Source: an uncultured virus (IMG/VR IMGVR_UViG_3300050021_000838)
Taxonomy: Duplodnaviria; Heunggongvirae; Uroviricota; Caudoviricetes
DNA: 64,000 nucleotides
IMG/VR virus record: IMGVR_UViG_3300050021_000838
Reading direction: 5' to 3' (one strand)
Part shown: piece by piece, positions 38,346 through 47,840 of the stretch
Position numbering within the stretch: position 1 is the stretch's first letter
Layout of the letters: every line of letters begins with the position of its first letter
The notes under the pieces: generated by a model
Seen by the model: only the letters and a program-made list of their open reading frames with translations
The model's database searches: none
Told to the model about the DNA's origin: nothing
Made by a program: the position numbers and the translations under genes

Positions 38346-39665
38346 CTACTCCTTCTCAGGGGGCACGACGTGCCCCCTCTGTTCAAGAATCTTATTTATG
38401 GTCACCAAAATGGCTCCCCGAATGAAAATCGGGGCATTTTCGTACAATTCCACCGTGAATTCCTTTAAGGGGACACCGTATTTCTTCAATCCGTCCTTAT
38501 TGGCATAATCGAATGCCTCTGGATCAGATTTTTCCAGAAGGACAATCGCCTCATCAAATAATTTCTTTTGTCCATCTTTCGTAAGAGCCAGCCATTGTTT
38601 CCTTAATTGCTGGTCCTTCGCCAGTCTTATTTTGTCCCTCCCCTTACCCAACTCCTCCTTTTCGTGACGTTCATTCTTATTCTTCAGGATCTTCATTTGT
38701 TCTTCCCTGAACTTGACATATCCTTTGGGAATTTCATATCCATTTTCAAGAGCCGATATCAGAAAACCGGTTATGTTTTTCTCCGCCTTTGAATATCCGA
38801 GCTTCAAACTTTCAACCCACTGGGCAATTTCTTCTTCATCGAACCGGGTGAGCAATTCCTTAACTCCATCTTCCGTGACACCTAAATTCTTTAACTCACC
38901 GGCTAGTCCGGAAGCAAATAAATCAGGGGACTCCGGGGCCGGCAATGACGAGCCTGGTCTTCTTGAAATCTTGAATTTCACAAAGTCGGGTTTTCGGTTC
39001 GGTTTGTATTCGACCTCGATGTTAATCTCGGCATCAGGGATCGAGTGAATATCTTCGATGGGCTTATTTATCAATTTCTTTTTCAGATCTCGCAGGTCCT
39101 GGTATTCGTTGACTCCCACTCCCATTAGTTTCTTGAATATCGAAATCGGAATCCATGGAGTCTCTCCATAAGTTCTCTTGACATCATAATAGTCGATACA
39201 GAGTTCATACATCGCAAGTGAGTATTTCGACATGAAGTTATTTTGCATCCGCAAGTTGATCCTTGCATACATTCTTGGATTATATAACTTCTCTCGCAGT
39301 CCCTTGTAATATCCCCAATAAATCTTGCCTTCCTTAAACGTAGCACCAGCCAAGAAAGTAGTCGTACCCCATTCCGCCACACCATCCTTCCCCAGAATAT
39401 TCCATTCGATTTGCGTAGTATTCAAAGCTATGAGTGTGCTTTTCAGATAGTCCCGATTCGAATCTCCATACTCCAACATATCACATAGTTCTATAATGGG
39501 CATGCTATATTCTTCTTTATTCTGGAGTTCATCATAGGCGTGGGCAAGTAGTACGTTCCAGGCTTTTCGTTGTAGTAAACTTACTACATTATTCACCTGA
39601 ATCGACGCAGAATGCTTAATGACCGACTGCGGTCTAGGCGTATTCGTTGTAATTGTCTTGGTCAA
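38346..39665 (-). CDS. Rep_3 family plasmid replication initiator
   Basis: VIKHSASIQ..SLLQRKAWNVLL..AY, IEWNIL, P.MYARINL, SKYSLAMYELC.DY; TTG start. Confidence 0.88.
   Translation of the reverse strand: MTKTITTNTPRPQSVIKHSASIQVNNVVSLLQRKAWNVLLAHAYDELQNKEEYSMPIIELCDMLEYGDSNRDYLKSTLIALNTTQIEWNILGKDGVAEWGTTTFLAGATFKEGKIYWGYYKGLREKLYNPRMYARINLRMQNNFMSKYSLAMYELCIDYYDVKRTYGETPWIPISIFKKLMGVGVNEYQDLRDLKKKLINKPIEDIHSIPDAEINIEVEYKPNRKPDFVKFKISRRPGSSLPAPESPDLFASGLAGELKNLGVTEDGVKELLTRFDEEEIAQWVESLKLGYSKAEKNITGFLISALENGYEIPKGYVKFREEQMKILKNKNERHEKEELGKGRDKIRLAKDQQLRKQWLALTKDGQKKLFDEAIVLLEKSDPEAFDYANKDGLKKYGVPLKEFTVELYENAPIFIRGAILVTINKILEQRGHVVPPEKE
38358..38378. promoter_or_regulatory. candidate parS palindrome, copy 1
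   Basis: AGGGGGCACG-A-CGTGCCCCCT, 15 nt upstream of the parA start. Confidence 0.6.
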
Positions 39666-39715
39666 AACGATTGCTCTTGTGTTACGGGAACAAACTTAAT
39701 AAAATCATTGGGACA

Positions 39716-39745
39716 AAAGCAAATATAAACGTCCACATTTGTCAA
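39716..39745 (-). promoter_or_regulatory. rep promoter overlapped by an iteron
   Basis: TTGACA (39740-39745) followed by the iteron TATAAACGTCCACA (39724-39737). Confidence 0.6.
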
Positions 39746-39790
39746 GTGTCCGCATTATAACTTTCTTGCAGTACAATTTTCAGGAATGTT

Positions 39791-40257
39791 ATGAATACTC
39801 TATACTTTGCTGATTGTTTAGACGTGCTAAAAGATTTGTGCCATTATCACCCAGACCTAAGCTACATAGATCCACCATTTAATTCAAAACGCGATTATAA
39901 TATCCTTTTCGAGTCCATTGATATCAAGGTTTCGACGGATATTTTACTTTCACCAAATCTGACGAGAAAAGAGGGTTGTCACTGGTAGAGATCAAAAGCG
40001 GGCATGTCAATGTCAAGAACGTCCGGGAATTTATTCAGGTTCTAAAGACCAAGAAGGCTGACCACGGTGTTTTCGTCTGCTTCAAGGATAAAGCCTATCC
40101 TAATCGATACGACAAGGTTCAGATACTAACTGTTGAGCATATTCTGGACGGTATAGGAATTAACCTTCCTTTGGAGCAGGGACTGAAGAAAAGCACGTTC
40201 AAAGCCGCTACTAAGTCTTTAACTCCCATTACGAAGGAAGAATCTTTTTTCGATTAG
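39791..40257 (+). pseudogene. internally deleted DNA methyltransferase / Mrr-like nuclease fusion remnant
   Basis: N-terminal fragment NTLYFADCLDVL...YIDPPFNSKRDYNILF plus out-of-frame C-terminal fragment VEIKSGHV.V...GVFVCF...QILTVE.IL...TFKAA; the middle is missing. Confidence 0.75.
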
Positions 40258-40261
40258 TCGG

Positions 40262-40700
40262 TATAAACGTCCACAATCGACTTAATACTGATATAAACGT
40301 CCACATTCATTTTCGAATGATATAAATGACCACATTGTAAACGTCCCAACTTGGTGCCTCATTCATCCCTTCAGGTAAGTCCAGACACCTATTTTCAGTG
40401 TTTTTAGCCACTTATGGGCATGAATTTGAGGTCAGAAACCGTTATAGACGTCCACAATCAGCCCGGAATATAGACGTCCACATTACATTGATATAAACGA
40501 CCACAGTTCTGATATGAACATCCACAAAACCCATTATAAACAACCCCTTTTCATAATACAAACATCCACAGAAATCGTTATAAACGACCACAATAGTAAC
40601 CATAACGACAAGCCTTATAATGAGTTTCTCGATTACAAAACAATTAAAACTATTAAAATTATAAAACAACGTAGTAGTTTCTTATTCATTATTTATTAAT
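40262..40700. repeat. iteron array and AT-rich tract: probable replication origin
   Basis: TATA(A/G)ACG(T/A)CCACA-like units at 40262, 40292, 40321, 40443, 40469, 40492, 40513, 40535, 40557 and 40579 (the last six at 21-23-bp period), then AT-rich 40630-40700. Confidence 0.88.
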
Positions 40701-40741
40701 TTTCAGGAAACATGAACAGAAGGGAAATATTCTGACGGGGC

Positions 40742-41104
40742 TTAGGTGACGATATCAACCCGTTTCTTGCTGTCTTCACTATTAAATCCATCAGGGTACC
40801 TGAGCCTTACCTTATCAGCATTCGCCTGCATGACTTCATCCAGACTAAGACCTGTTTTCAGGCATAACGCAGTGATATACCATAACACATCACCAAGTTC
40901 TTTCTTGAGTTTCGTAACATCCAGACCATGATTATGGAATATCGCTTTCTTAACCAGATCGGCAACTTCACCGGCTTCTCCTGCCAGTCCAAGCGCATAG
41001 AAAACAATCATCTGCGAATGATCGCTGATTTCCTTTTCCGGTTTATCGGAACATCGGGACTTCACTACTTCGGTATATTCCAAAGCTGTCATATTCGAGT
41101 TCAT
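40742..41104 (-). CDS. MazG-like NTP pyrophosphohydrolase
   Basis: LGLAGEAGEVADLVKK...KELGDVLWY...N..K...RYPDGF. Confidence 0.9.
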   Translation of the reverse strand: MNSNMTALEYTEVVKSRCSDKPEKEISDHSQMIVFYALGLAGEAGEVADLVKKAIFHNHGLDVTKLKKELGDVLWYITALCLKTGLSLDEVMQANADKVRLRYPDGFNSEDSKKRVDIVT

Positions 41105-41592
41105 ACTGATACTCCTTCTAATTTTTTCGCCTGTTCCTTTTTCTTAATTTCAAGCAAGCGGTCAATCTCCGCAGCAATCAGAGCGCCAGCCTTTTCAAGA
41201 TTCCTGATTCTATCGGTATCAGAAGCCTTTAACCAACTGATATTCCAATTAATCGGGAACAATCTTTCGGCATCAGTCCTTGACCAGAACCATAATGCGT
41301 AAGAGGCTGCCGCTGCCGCAAGTTCTCCATTATCATGCTGGACATCATGCTCTATGGTAAAATTCTCGACTATGATTTGTCTACTTCTTTCTTCCTGGAT
41401 TAACTGAGCGCCCGTTGCCCTCCCTAACCAATGTTCGAGTTCACTTAGTTTCAGCGGTTCACGATGGAGATTATCTTCCTCATCGAACCATGCACATGTT
41501 ATTGCGCCATCCACTGAGAACCCGGCATCGCAAGTCACCCGGCATTTGTGGATCTCCGAGAACAACTCATCACCTATCTTAAAATTTTTCAT
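41101..41592 (-). CDS. conserved phage protein
   Basis: ERSRQI..E.F..EHD..H..GELAAAAASYA...RNLEKAGALIAAEIDRL. Confidence 0.7.
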   Translation of the reverse strand: MKNFKIGDELFSEIHKCRVTCDAGFSVDGAITCAWFDEEDNLHREPLKLSELEHWLGRATGAQLIQEERSRQIIVENFTIEHDVQHDNGELAAAAASYALWFWSRTDAERLFPINWNISWLKASDTDRIRNLEKAGALIAAEIDRLLEIKKKEQAKKLEGVSV

Positions 41593-41908
41593 CGTATGTC
41601 CTTATAAAGTTTCGTTACTATTTTGAAATGCCATCATATAATCATTGTATTCGCTTTCAGGTATGTGCGGCAGAAAATCGCCAATGCTAATCTTGAACGA
41701 GGGTTCATACGGAGTGCCTGTAATCAGCGCCATAACTGATGTTAGGAAAATCAGCGTATGATCCATCGGTTGCGCCCACCACTCCATCAGAAAATCACAG
41801 AATCTGTTTCTTCCATCCATGTGATTATTCTTCAAATTGTAATAACATGGTACGCCCCAGTATCGGGCATAGTTGCTATACTCCTTTACGTTTATTTTCT
41901 TTCGCATA

Positions 41909-42178
41909 TTACCATGCCTCCTTAAAGACAATGTTGCGTGGCTGAATGACTCCATCTCTTTTAATCGGAATGGAATCGTAACCGACATGCCCATCTTGTC
42001 CGCAGTTAGAACATTTGTAATGATATAACCCCGGACTAGTATACAGTACCGTTCCTGTCAGCTGGAGAGTTTTTTCCTTATCGCATATCGGACATTTGCT
42101 TTGTTCAAGAAATTGCGTAAACATAACAGGGGAGGGGAGAGGCTGTCCCACCTCCACCTCAATATCTTTTTCTATCAT
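41909..42178 (-). CDS. Zn-ribbon protein
   Basis: CPIC...YKCSNCG. Confidence 0.55.
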   Translation of the reverse strand: MIEKDIEVEVGQPLPSPVMFTQFLEQSKCPICDKEKTLQLTGTVLYTSPGLYHYKCSNCGQDGHVGYDSIPIKRDGVIQPRNIVFKEAW

Positions 42179-43419
42179 ACCGGAACCTGATCAACCACCA
42201 CATCCGGAGTAACAAGCACTTCCGCTTCATCCGGGAGTTTTGGTTCTACCGGCGCATACTCTGTTGGAAAACCTAAACGGTTCATAGCGTCCAGAATATG
42301 ATGCGAATGTATCAGTTCCATGCAAGGGGACAGACCGCTCAGAATTTTCTTTGACAGCTCACATCCTCCGTTTCCATGAGAGAAACAACTTGCAAATTCA
42401 CCGCGAGCAAATTCGCAGTTACTATTCGAGTCAATGCCGACTGCATTTTTATACTTAGCAATACGTAATGCAGAAGGGAAGGGGCCGTATAATCCGATTA
42501 ACGGAGTATCGAGTGCACCTGCTATATGCAGTAGACTGCTATCCGGACCTATCACAAGATCTGCGATACTTAGAAAAGCCGCCATCTGCGTAAGCGTTGG
42601 CATGGTCTCCGAACCATTGAATATTCTCCCGGCGGCCTGCGGAACATTCTGGATAAGATCGTTAATCATGCCATTCTGATTTTCTGAACCGAAGAACCAG
42701 AATACATAATTCTTTGGCAGCGCATTCATGAGGTTGACGTAAACAGGCAACGGGATGCTTCTTTTCGTTACAGATGCCGCTATCTGAATACATACGTGGA
42801 TAATATCCTGGTCAAGCACAAATTCAACATTCTGCTGATAGAATTCGATTGCTGAAAGTTTCGCAACTTTTGCCCTTTCGAGATCGAAGGTACTGATGTT
42901 GACCGCTGGCTTATAGTCTACCGAGGGATCAAGGTAACATGCTTTAGCAAATAAGTCGTAAGCATTTTCATGCTCAGCCGATGGATTAGATTCGATTAGA
43001 CTTTGGAAGTACAGGCAGTAATCAAATTCCTGTACCTTCTCTTCAAGAAGTGGAAACGTACCCATTTCATACGAAGCATCGCATTTCAATAACTTCGCAT
43101 AATAACCGTTGGTTATCAGGGTGATACTGGCATCAGGATATTTCTCTTTTAGTTTTTTCAGGCTTGCCGAAATAAATAACAGATCTCCAATCCCGCCGTT
43201 CCGGAATACTACGAGCTTCTTTCCATTAAGGTCTTCGCCAGCATAAAAATGTGCTGGTTCAAATTCTTCTGCGGACTTTATTTTCGATTCGCCCAGGTCT
43301 CTGATCATTACGTCCACATACACATCGGCTACTATATAACCGACATCTTTCTTCAATAGCATTTTCTGACCGTACTCATCATTACTCATGATGTCTATTT
43401 TCGATATTAAACACTTCAT
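42175..43419 (-). CDS. glycosyltransferase family 9 (heptosyltransferase-like)
   Basis: RNGGIGDLLF, ADLVIGPDSSLLHIAGALDTPLIGLYGP. Confidence 0.85.
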   Translation of the reverse strand: MKCLISKIDIMSNDEYGQKMLLKKDVGYIVADVYVDVMIRDLGESKIKSAEEFEPAHFYAGEDLNGKKLVVFRNGGIGDLLFISASLKKLKEKYPDASITLITNGYYAKLLKCDASYEMGTFPLLEEKVQEFDYCLYFQSLIESNPSAEHENAYDLFAKACYLDPSVDYKPAVNISTFDLERAKVAKLSAIEFYQQNVEFVLDQDIIHVCIQIAASVTKRSIPLPVYVNLMNALPKNYVFWFFGSENQNGMINDLIQNVPQAAGRIFNGSETMPTLTQMAAFLSIADLVIGPDSSLLHIAGALDTPLIGLYGPFPSALRIAKYKNAVGIDSNSNCEFARGEFASCFSHGNGGCELSKKILSGLSPCMELIHSHHILDAMNRLGFPTEYAPVEPKLPDEAEVLVTPDVVVDQVPV

Positions 43420-43688
43420 GCTGCTTTCTCCACGTTATATTCGTTGATTGAAACTATTCCAGTTAAACTGAAGTTTGTGCTCATGTGAGCATTCAATCCA
43501 TCGACATAACTTGGATCTTTAACAAAGAACTTCGGTAGGAATCCTGTTAGTATCTCCCTTAGATACGCTATTTCTTTCTTCATCTCGTAAACAGTTGCCT
43601 GTTCCTTCAGGAAGCCCATTTTCTTTTCTTCCTTTTTCTTCTGGTTCGGTGCCCAGCCACCTTTTCCGTTCGGCTTCGTCTTTGACAT
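43416..43688 (-). CDS. hypothetical protein
   Basis: ATGA overlap with the GT9 start. Confidence 0.5.
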   Translation of the reverse strand: MSKTKPNGKGGWAPNQKKKEEKKMGFLKEQATVYEMKKEIAYLREILTGFLPKFFVKDPSYVDGLNAHMSTNFSLTGIVSINEYNVEKAA

Positions 43689-44088
43689 TCGACATACTCC
43701 TCAGATTTTTAGTTATTGGTATCATTTTATTATCACTACTGATCACAGCCCATTTTACTGGTCTGTTTGTCCAGATTACAGCTGGAACAAATTCTCTTTT
43801 CTCATCGATGCACATGACTAAAACTTCTTCGCCTGATAGCAGGAAGTAATTGCCGTCAAAATCATATATAATCGGTCTGGGCAGGAACTTCTCCAGCTTG
43901 AGCTTCAGCATTTTCTTGTAATGCATATCCTTTCTTCCCTTGACCTGATTAAATGCTGTCAGCGGAATGTCCATATACAAAGTGTGCTTCCATTCGATAG
44001 GGGAGCCTTTGCCGGATTTCGACAGGACATCATATCTTGCGAGTGCTTCCTCTATGGTCTCCGTCGTTAATCCCTGATAAAATTCCAT
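43519..44088 (-). CDS. hypothetical protein, possibly a degenerate ParB/Srx-like domain
   Basis: PRPIIY...NYFLLSG resembles the ParB-N pattern but lacks the HR motif; first ORF after motif copy 8. Confidence 0.45.
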   Translation of the reverse strand: MEFYQGLTTETIEEALARYDVLSKSGKGSPIEWKHTLYMDIPLTAFNQVKGRKDMHYKKMLKLKLEKFLPRPIIYDFDGNYFLLSGEEVLVMCIDEKREFVPAVIWTNRPVKWAVISSDNKMIPITKNLRSMSNVKDEAERKRWLGTEPEEKGRKENGLPEGTGNCLRDEERNSVSKGDTNRIPTEVLC

Positions 44089-44128
44089 GCTCTTGACATT
44101 CCGTTAAATAATGCGTAAAACTTTTATA

Positions 44129-44149
44129 TTTCAAAAACCGTGCTAAGTT
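44129..44149 (-). promoter_or_regulatory. sigma54-like promoter motif, copy 8
   Basis: AACTTAGCACGGTTTTTGAAA. Confidence 0.72.
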
Positions 44150-44186
44150 TTGTCTTAGATAAGAATGTCGGACTGCCGTTACTCCC

Positions 44187-44218
44187 TTGACTTTTTAAAA
44201 CAGTTTGTCGTACATTTG
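44187..44218 (+). promoter_or_regulatory. housekeeping-sigma promoter for the divergent RHH gene
   Basis: TTGACT-N18-TACATTTG; the latter also matches the Bacteroidota-type TAnnTTTG. Confidence 0.55.
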
Positions 44219-44244
44219 TGGTACAACATTTTGGAGTATTTGCT

Positions 44245-44463
44245 ATGCCCAAGCGTCCGACAACTGACTATGCTGTCTACACTCAACGCCTTGACGTACG
44301 ACTTAGACCATCGACACGGCTTGAATTAGAGGCAGTCGCCCATGCTTCCAAGAAAGCTCTTTCATATATTGCCCGAGACATAATGGAGAAATCCGTTATA
44401 CGTCGGTACAAGCGGTTAATCAGAGGACATCCCGAATATGCCATTCAGCCTGAAAATCTCTAA
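44245..44463 (+). CDS. ribbon-helix-helix-like DNA-binding protein
   Basis: RLDVRL....RLELEAVA...KKALSYIARDIME; GGAG RBS; rare plus-strand gene. Confidence 0.65.
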   Translation: MPKRPTTDYAVYTQRLDVRLRPSTRLELEAVAHASKKALSYIARDIMEKSVIRRYKRLIRGHPEYAIQPENL

Positions 44464-44494
44464 GCAGGGGAGTGGTCTATCTGACAGAACTTAC

Positions 44495-44515
44495 AGGGGG
44501 CACGTCGTGCCCCTT
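44495..44515. promoter_or_regulatory. candidate parS palindrome, copy 2
   Basis: AGGGGGCACG-T-CGTGCCCCTT, intergenic. Confidence 0.6.
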
Positions 44516-44698
44516 GCCCTTTTCCAGTTTCTTTTCTTCGTTATCGATGAAAAAACGCTTATTTCAATCCGTGAATGCCGTCCCATCTAACCGGACACCC
44601 TTCTTGCATCCTTTTCGTTTCTGAGGTTTTCTGGACTTGTATTTGCCCATCACTCCCGACAGATCTTCATTTGAAAAACATTCTCCCATGAAAACTCC

Positions 44699-45175
44699 TT
44701 AAACTTGTTCCTGAAGCACCCTTGATATTTCGACGTCTTCTTTGCTATATCGTGCCTCCGCCTGACAAATATTCGGGAAGCACATGTTCTTTCTTACATG
44801 AGCACCAAGCTGAGCATCTGTGGCGTTTTCCACGAACAGTTTATTCAGTTCGATTGTCCCGTCCACCAGATCTAACCCAACTACTCGAATCTCAAGATCG
44901 TAGTATAATCCTTCGGCGCACATGCCAGCACCGAACCCGTCAAAGAATTCACCGTCAAGCTTAAATTCGTCCTTTTCCTCATCATAATTCGGAAGCAGTT
45001 TTGCCAGCTCTAATCCCTCCGGCTCGCCATCGAAATTTTCCGAGAAGAATTCAGCAAATACGTCCAGAGCATTGTTTCCATAGTAAAACAGCTCCAGGTA
45101 GTCCTTGTCATCCTCAAATCTTTTCGTATAGGACACACGGTAGAACGGTTTCGTAATCTTTTCGTCTGATCTCAT
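44699..45175 (-). CDS. hypothetical acidic protein
   Basis: Likely start MRSDEK (ATGA overlap). Confidence 0.6.
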   Translation of the reverse strand: MRSDEKITKPFYRVSYTKRFEDDKDYLELFYYGNNALDVFAEFFSENFDGEPEGLELAKLLPNYDEEKDEFKLDGEFFDGFGAGMCAEGLYYDLEIRVVGLDLVDGTIELNKLFVENATDAQLGAHVRKNMCFPNICQAEARYSKEDVEISRVLQEQV

Positions 45176-45573
45176 GCTTCCATCTCCCCGTATATGGTGA
45201 GTACATGACATTCATGACCGAAGAATTCCATTTCCTTGTCGTAATAATCCCATTTCCATCGGAAGTCTTCTCCATTGTACTTGAACAATGCGCTATCATG
45301 TTCTCCATACGGATCATTGTCTTCATTAAAGACATCGAACCCGCCGACCAGCCTTAATATTGCTTGCTGGTCTTGCAATGATTTGCTGAAAACACTTTTG
45401 CCGAATATTAACTGAGCCGAACCATTCCAGTTCACTCCTTCCATTACGGTATGCACTGTTTCGCCTGACGAGATCTCATAAGAACATAACTTCCTTCTGA
45501 GAGTATCGTTCAATGTCCTTAGCGCCTCAGTACTTATTTCAATTTCTTTCTTGATATCTAATTCATCCATCAT
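45172..45573 (-). CDS. DUF3768-like protein
   Basis: LNDTLR...FDVFNEDNDPYGEHD...WKWDYYD...VLTI. Confidence 0.8.
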   Translation of the reverse strand: MMDELDIKKEIEISTEALRTLNDTLRRKLCSYEISSGETVHTVMEGVNWNGSAQLIFGKSVFSKSLQDQQAILRLVGGFDVFNEDNDPYGEHDSALFKYNGEDFRWKWDYYDKEMEFFGHECHVLTIYGEMEA

Positions 45574-45582
45574 AACTCCATT

Positions 45583-46287
45583 TTAGGTTGAGAACCAAAT
45601 GAACATATCATCCGAGTAACTGAACTCGGTCTTAATCTTGTAACCGTAGCCAATCAGGATTTCTAACAATCTCTGCTTGGGAATAAACGTGTGGTGATAC
45701 TTCCAGTTGAAGTGAGTCCATCGTTCATTTCTTGCCGCCTCGATGTTAGGACCGTAAATCACTACGTCAATCTCTCTCGGAAGTTTTTTCAGAAGCTCCA
45801 GATTAAATGCTTTCGACTGGTGCTCTAAAAAATGGCAGAAGGAGATTAGCGTGTTTCTGGACGGATCTAATTCGAGCATATTATAAATCTTCACGTTCTC
45901 GATGAACGCCTTGGAGTAAAGCAACTCGCTCTGATAATCGTAAATCTCCCTGAAGGAATCAATGTGCTTACGGTAGACATAGTCAATGCCATCAAACACT
46001 ACGATGCTATTGACATGCGTATACGTTTCAAGTTTGGGGAAGCCTCCGCCGAGAGCGTAGATTTTGTCATAAAGCGAACTCCGGAACTCTTTCAGTTCTG
46101 CCTGGCGTTCTTTCATCATGCCATCGTAGTGGACCAAATCGTTCTTCAGTCCTTGGATCGCATAGTCATCATATCCCTGGATTATATCGTCCGAGAACTG
46201 GTTCACCGGCTCCTTGAAGACTATGCCGTCTTCGACTTGGAACATCGGGTTAATATCATATTGCTCCACTATACTTTCTCCGCGCAA
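45583..46287 (-). CDS. hypothetical protein, possibly a degenerate SAM-methyltransferase fold
   Basis: HFLEH...IYGPN...HH pattern resembles the C-terminal half of class I methyltransferases. Confidence 0.5.
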   Translation of the reverse strand: MRGESIVEQYDINPMFQVEDGIVFKEPVNQFSDDIIQGYDDYAIQGLKNDLVHYDGMMKERQAELKEFRSSLYDKIYALGGGFPKLETYTHVNSIVVFDGIDYVYRKHIDSFREIYDYQSELLYSKAFIENVKIYNMLELDPSRNTLISFCHFLEHQSKAFNLELLKKLPREIDVVIYGPNIEAARNERWTHFNWKYHHTFIPKQRLLEILIGYGYKIKTEFSYSDDMFIWFST

Positions 46288-46679
46288 TCGGTTGCACCTG
46301 CCACCATTTCCGTATTTGTCAGTAGGTTGCCCACCTTCAACTCCCGTTTAATTTCGATTTCGAGGTCATACGCTTTGCCATCGATGATTCTGTAGCCCCA
46401 TTGCTCTCCGAAATCATCTGTCCAGATCCAATCTCCATCCTGGAACATGTGAGCCAATTCGGGAACCCAGATGGCATCGTGACTCCAGCTCGTATAAGCG
46501 TCGTTCACATCAAACAAGCCCTTGTCATCAATCGAGAATGCTTCCAGATCGAATCCGTACTTGTGTACGCCTTTCCCGTCTACATTGACTTTCTTGGTTT
46601 CCTCCTGAAGAGCAATAAACTCTGCTGCGAACTCCGGTTTTATCTCCGGGTTTTCAATTAACGTACTGTAAGTACTCAT
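46269..46679 (-). CDS. hypothetical protein
   Basis: Likely start MSTYSTL (ATGA overlap). Confidence 0.55.
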   Translation of the reverse strand: MSTYSTLIENPEIKPEFAAEFIALQEETKKVNVDGKGVHKYGFDLEAFSIDDKGLFDVNDAYTSWSHDAIWVPELAHMFQDGDWIWTDDFGEQWGYRIIDGKAYDLEIEIKRELKVGNLLTNTEMVAGATDCAEKV

Positions 46680-46923
46680 GCCGGCACCTCGATTTGGTCG
46701 ATAATCTGATCGGTCGTAATGCCGGTCATTGCAGTAATAACTCTTTGCATATTCGGATGCAATTCTGCAAACCCGAGACATTTCTTGACCTCCGGATTGT
46801 ATATCAACATCGTGTTATCGGTAATAATCACGACGTAGCCATTTTCGATTACCTCCTTGATGGTCTTACCTTCCAGATCCTCAAATTTGTCTAACACCTT
46901 GTACTGATAGCTGTAATGCTTCA

Positions 46924-47370
46924 TTAGAACTTCTCCTTTGAACCTTCCGGCTCGATATAATTTTTACCATCATAAATAATTGCATTCTCAATGTCGCCCT
47001 CACGTACAGGGCATAATATCCACTTGCTTGGATTTTCAGATTGTCGTTCAAGGCATATATCGAGCGGATAGATAATATGGTCAAACATGCCTTCAGGCAG
47101 GTCATCCAATGTTTTGTTCATCACCTGATAACCAATAACCGGGCGTGTTCTGAACATCGGATCGATATATTCGATGTTGAACTTCTTCAGGGCATCTTCG
47201 TAATCGTCCGGATGAATGTTCTTGTTCTCGATATTGAGTTCATTCAGGAATATTTCGCTTAACTCAGCTGTCTGATCGCCATCCAGAGGTTCTGCGTCCC
47301 ATAGAAATTTCAAGTCATGCGCACATTGCTGTATAATCTTATACGCCTTTCGGGTGTAAAGTCCTTTCAT
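46924..47370 (-). CDS. hypothetical protein
   Basis: Coupled ORF in the array. Confidence 0.55.
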   Translation of the reverse strand: MKGLYTRKAYKIIQQCAHDLKFLWDAEPLDGDQTAELSEIFLNELNIENKNIHPDDYEDALKKFNIEYIDPMFRTRPVIGYQVMNKTLDDLPEGMFDHIIYPLDICLERQSENPSKWILCPVREGDIENAIIYDGKNYIEPEGSKEKF

Positions 47371-47840
47371 TTTTTCAAGTCCTTATTACGTTTCGGATAG
47401 TTAAACAAACCTTTCGGCGTAGTGAAATCCCTGACTTCTTTGCCGCCCTGGAGGACGTACGGATCTATCATTTGAAACGTAGATTCCGTTAAATCTTTCA
47501 TCGTCTTTTCATTCATAAGATATGCTGTACCAAGCTCCCAATTCATTTTGGCTGAGCGCGTGGCATGCTCGGATCTCTTAATAAACATCATAATCTCGGT
47601 ATTCTTGCATGACTGCCAGAAGCCGATGTTGCCGTCTTCATACAGGAATGCGTTGATAACACCCTGAAGTGTCATCTTCTGCTTGTAATATTGCCTCAAC
47701 GACTGGAGAACTATGCAAGTCTTATCATGTGTACGATGCCACTTAAACAGGTGGGCCAGGAATAATTTCTCCTCATAGGGGAGAACCTCAAATTTCGTAG
47801 TGAATTCCGCTGGCAATTTATCTTCTGCCATAATCATCAT
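47367..47840 (-). CDS. hypothetical protein
   Basis: Coupled ORF in the array. Confidence 0.55.
   Translation of the reverse strand: MMIMAEDKLPAEFTTKFEVLPYEEKLFLAHLFKWHRTHDKTCIVLQSLRQYYKQKMTLQGVINAFLYEDGNIGFWQSCKNTEIMMFIKRSEHATRSAKMNWELGTAYLMNEKTMKDLTESTFQMIDPYVLQGGKEVRDFTTPKGLFNYPKRNKDLKK

Noticed and set aside
40262..40600. Possible CRISPR array, or the ORFs 40442..40669 and 40514..40699
   Set aside because: 14-bp degenerate units with ~8-bp gaps beside a Rep gene are iterons; the ORFs are by-products of the repeats
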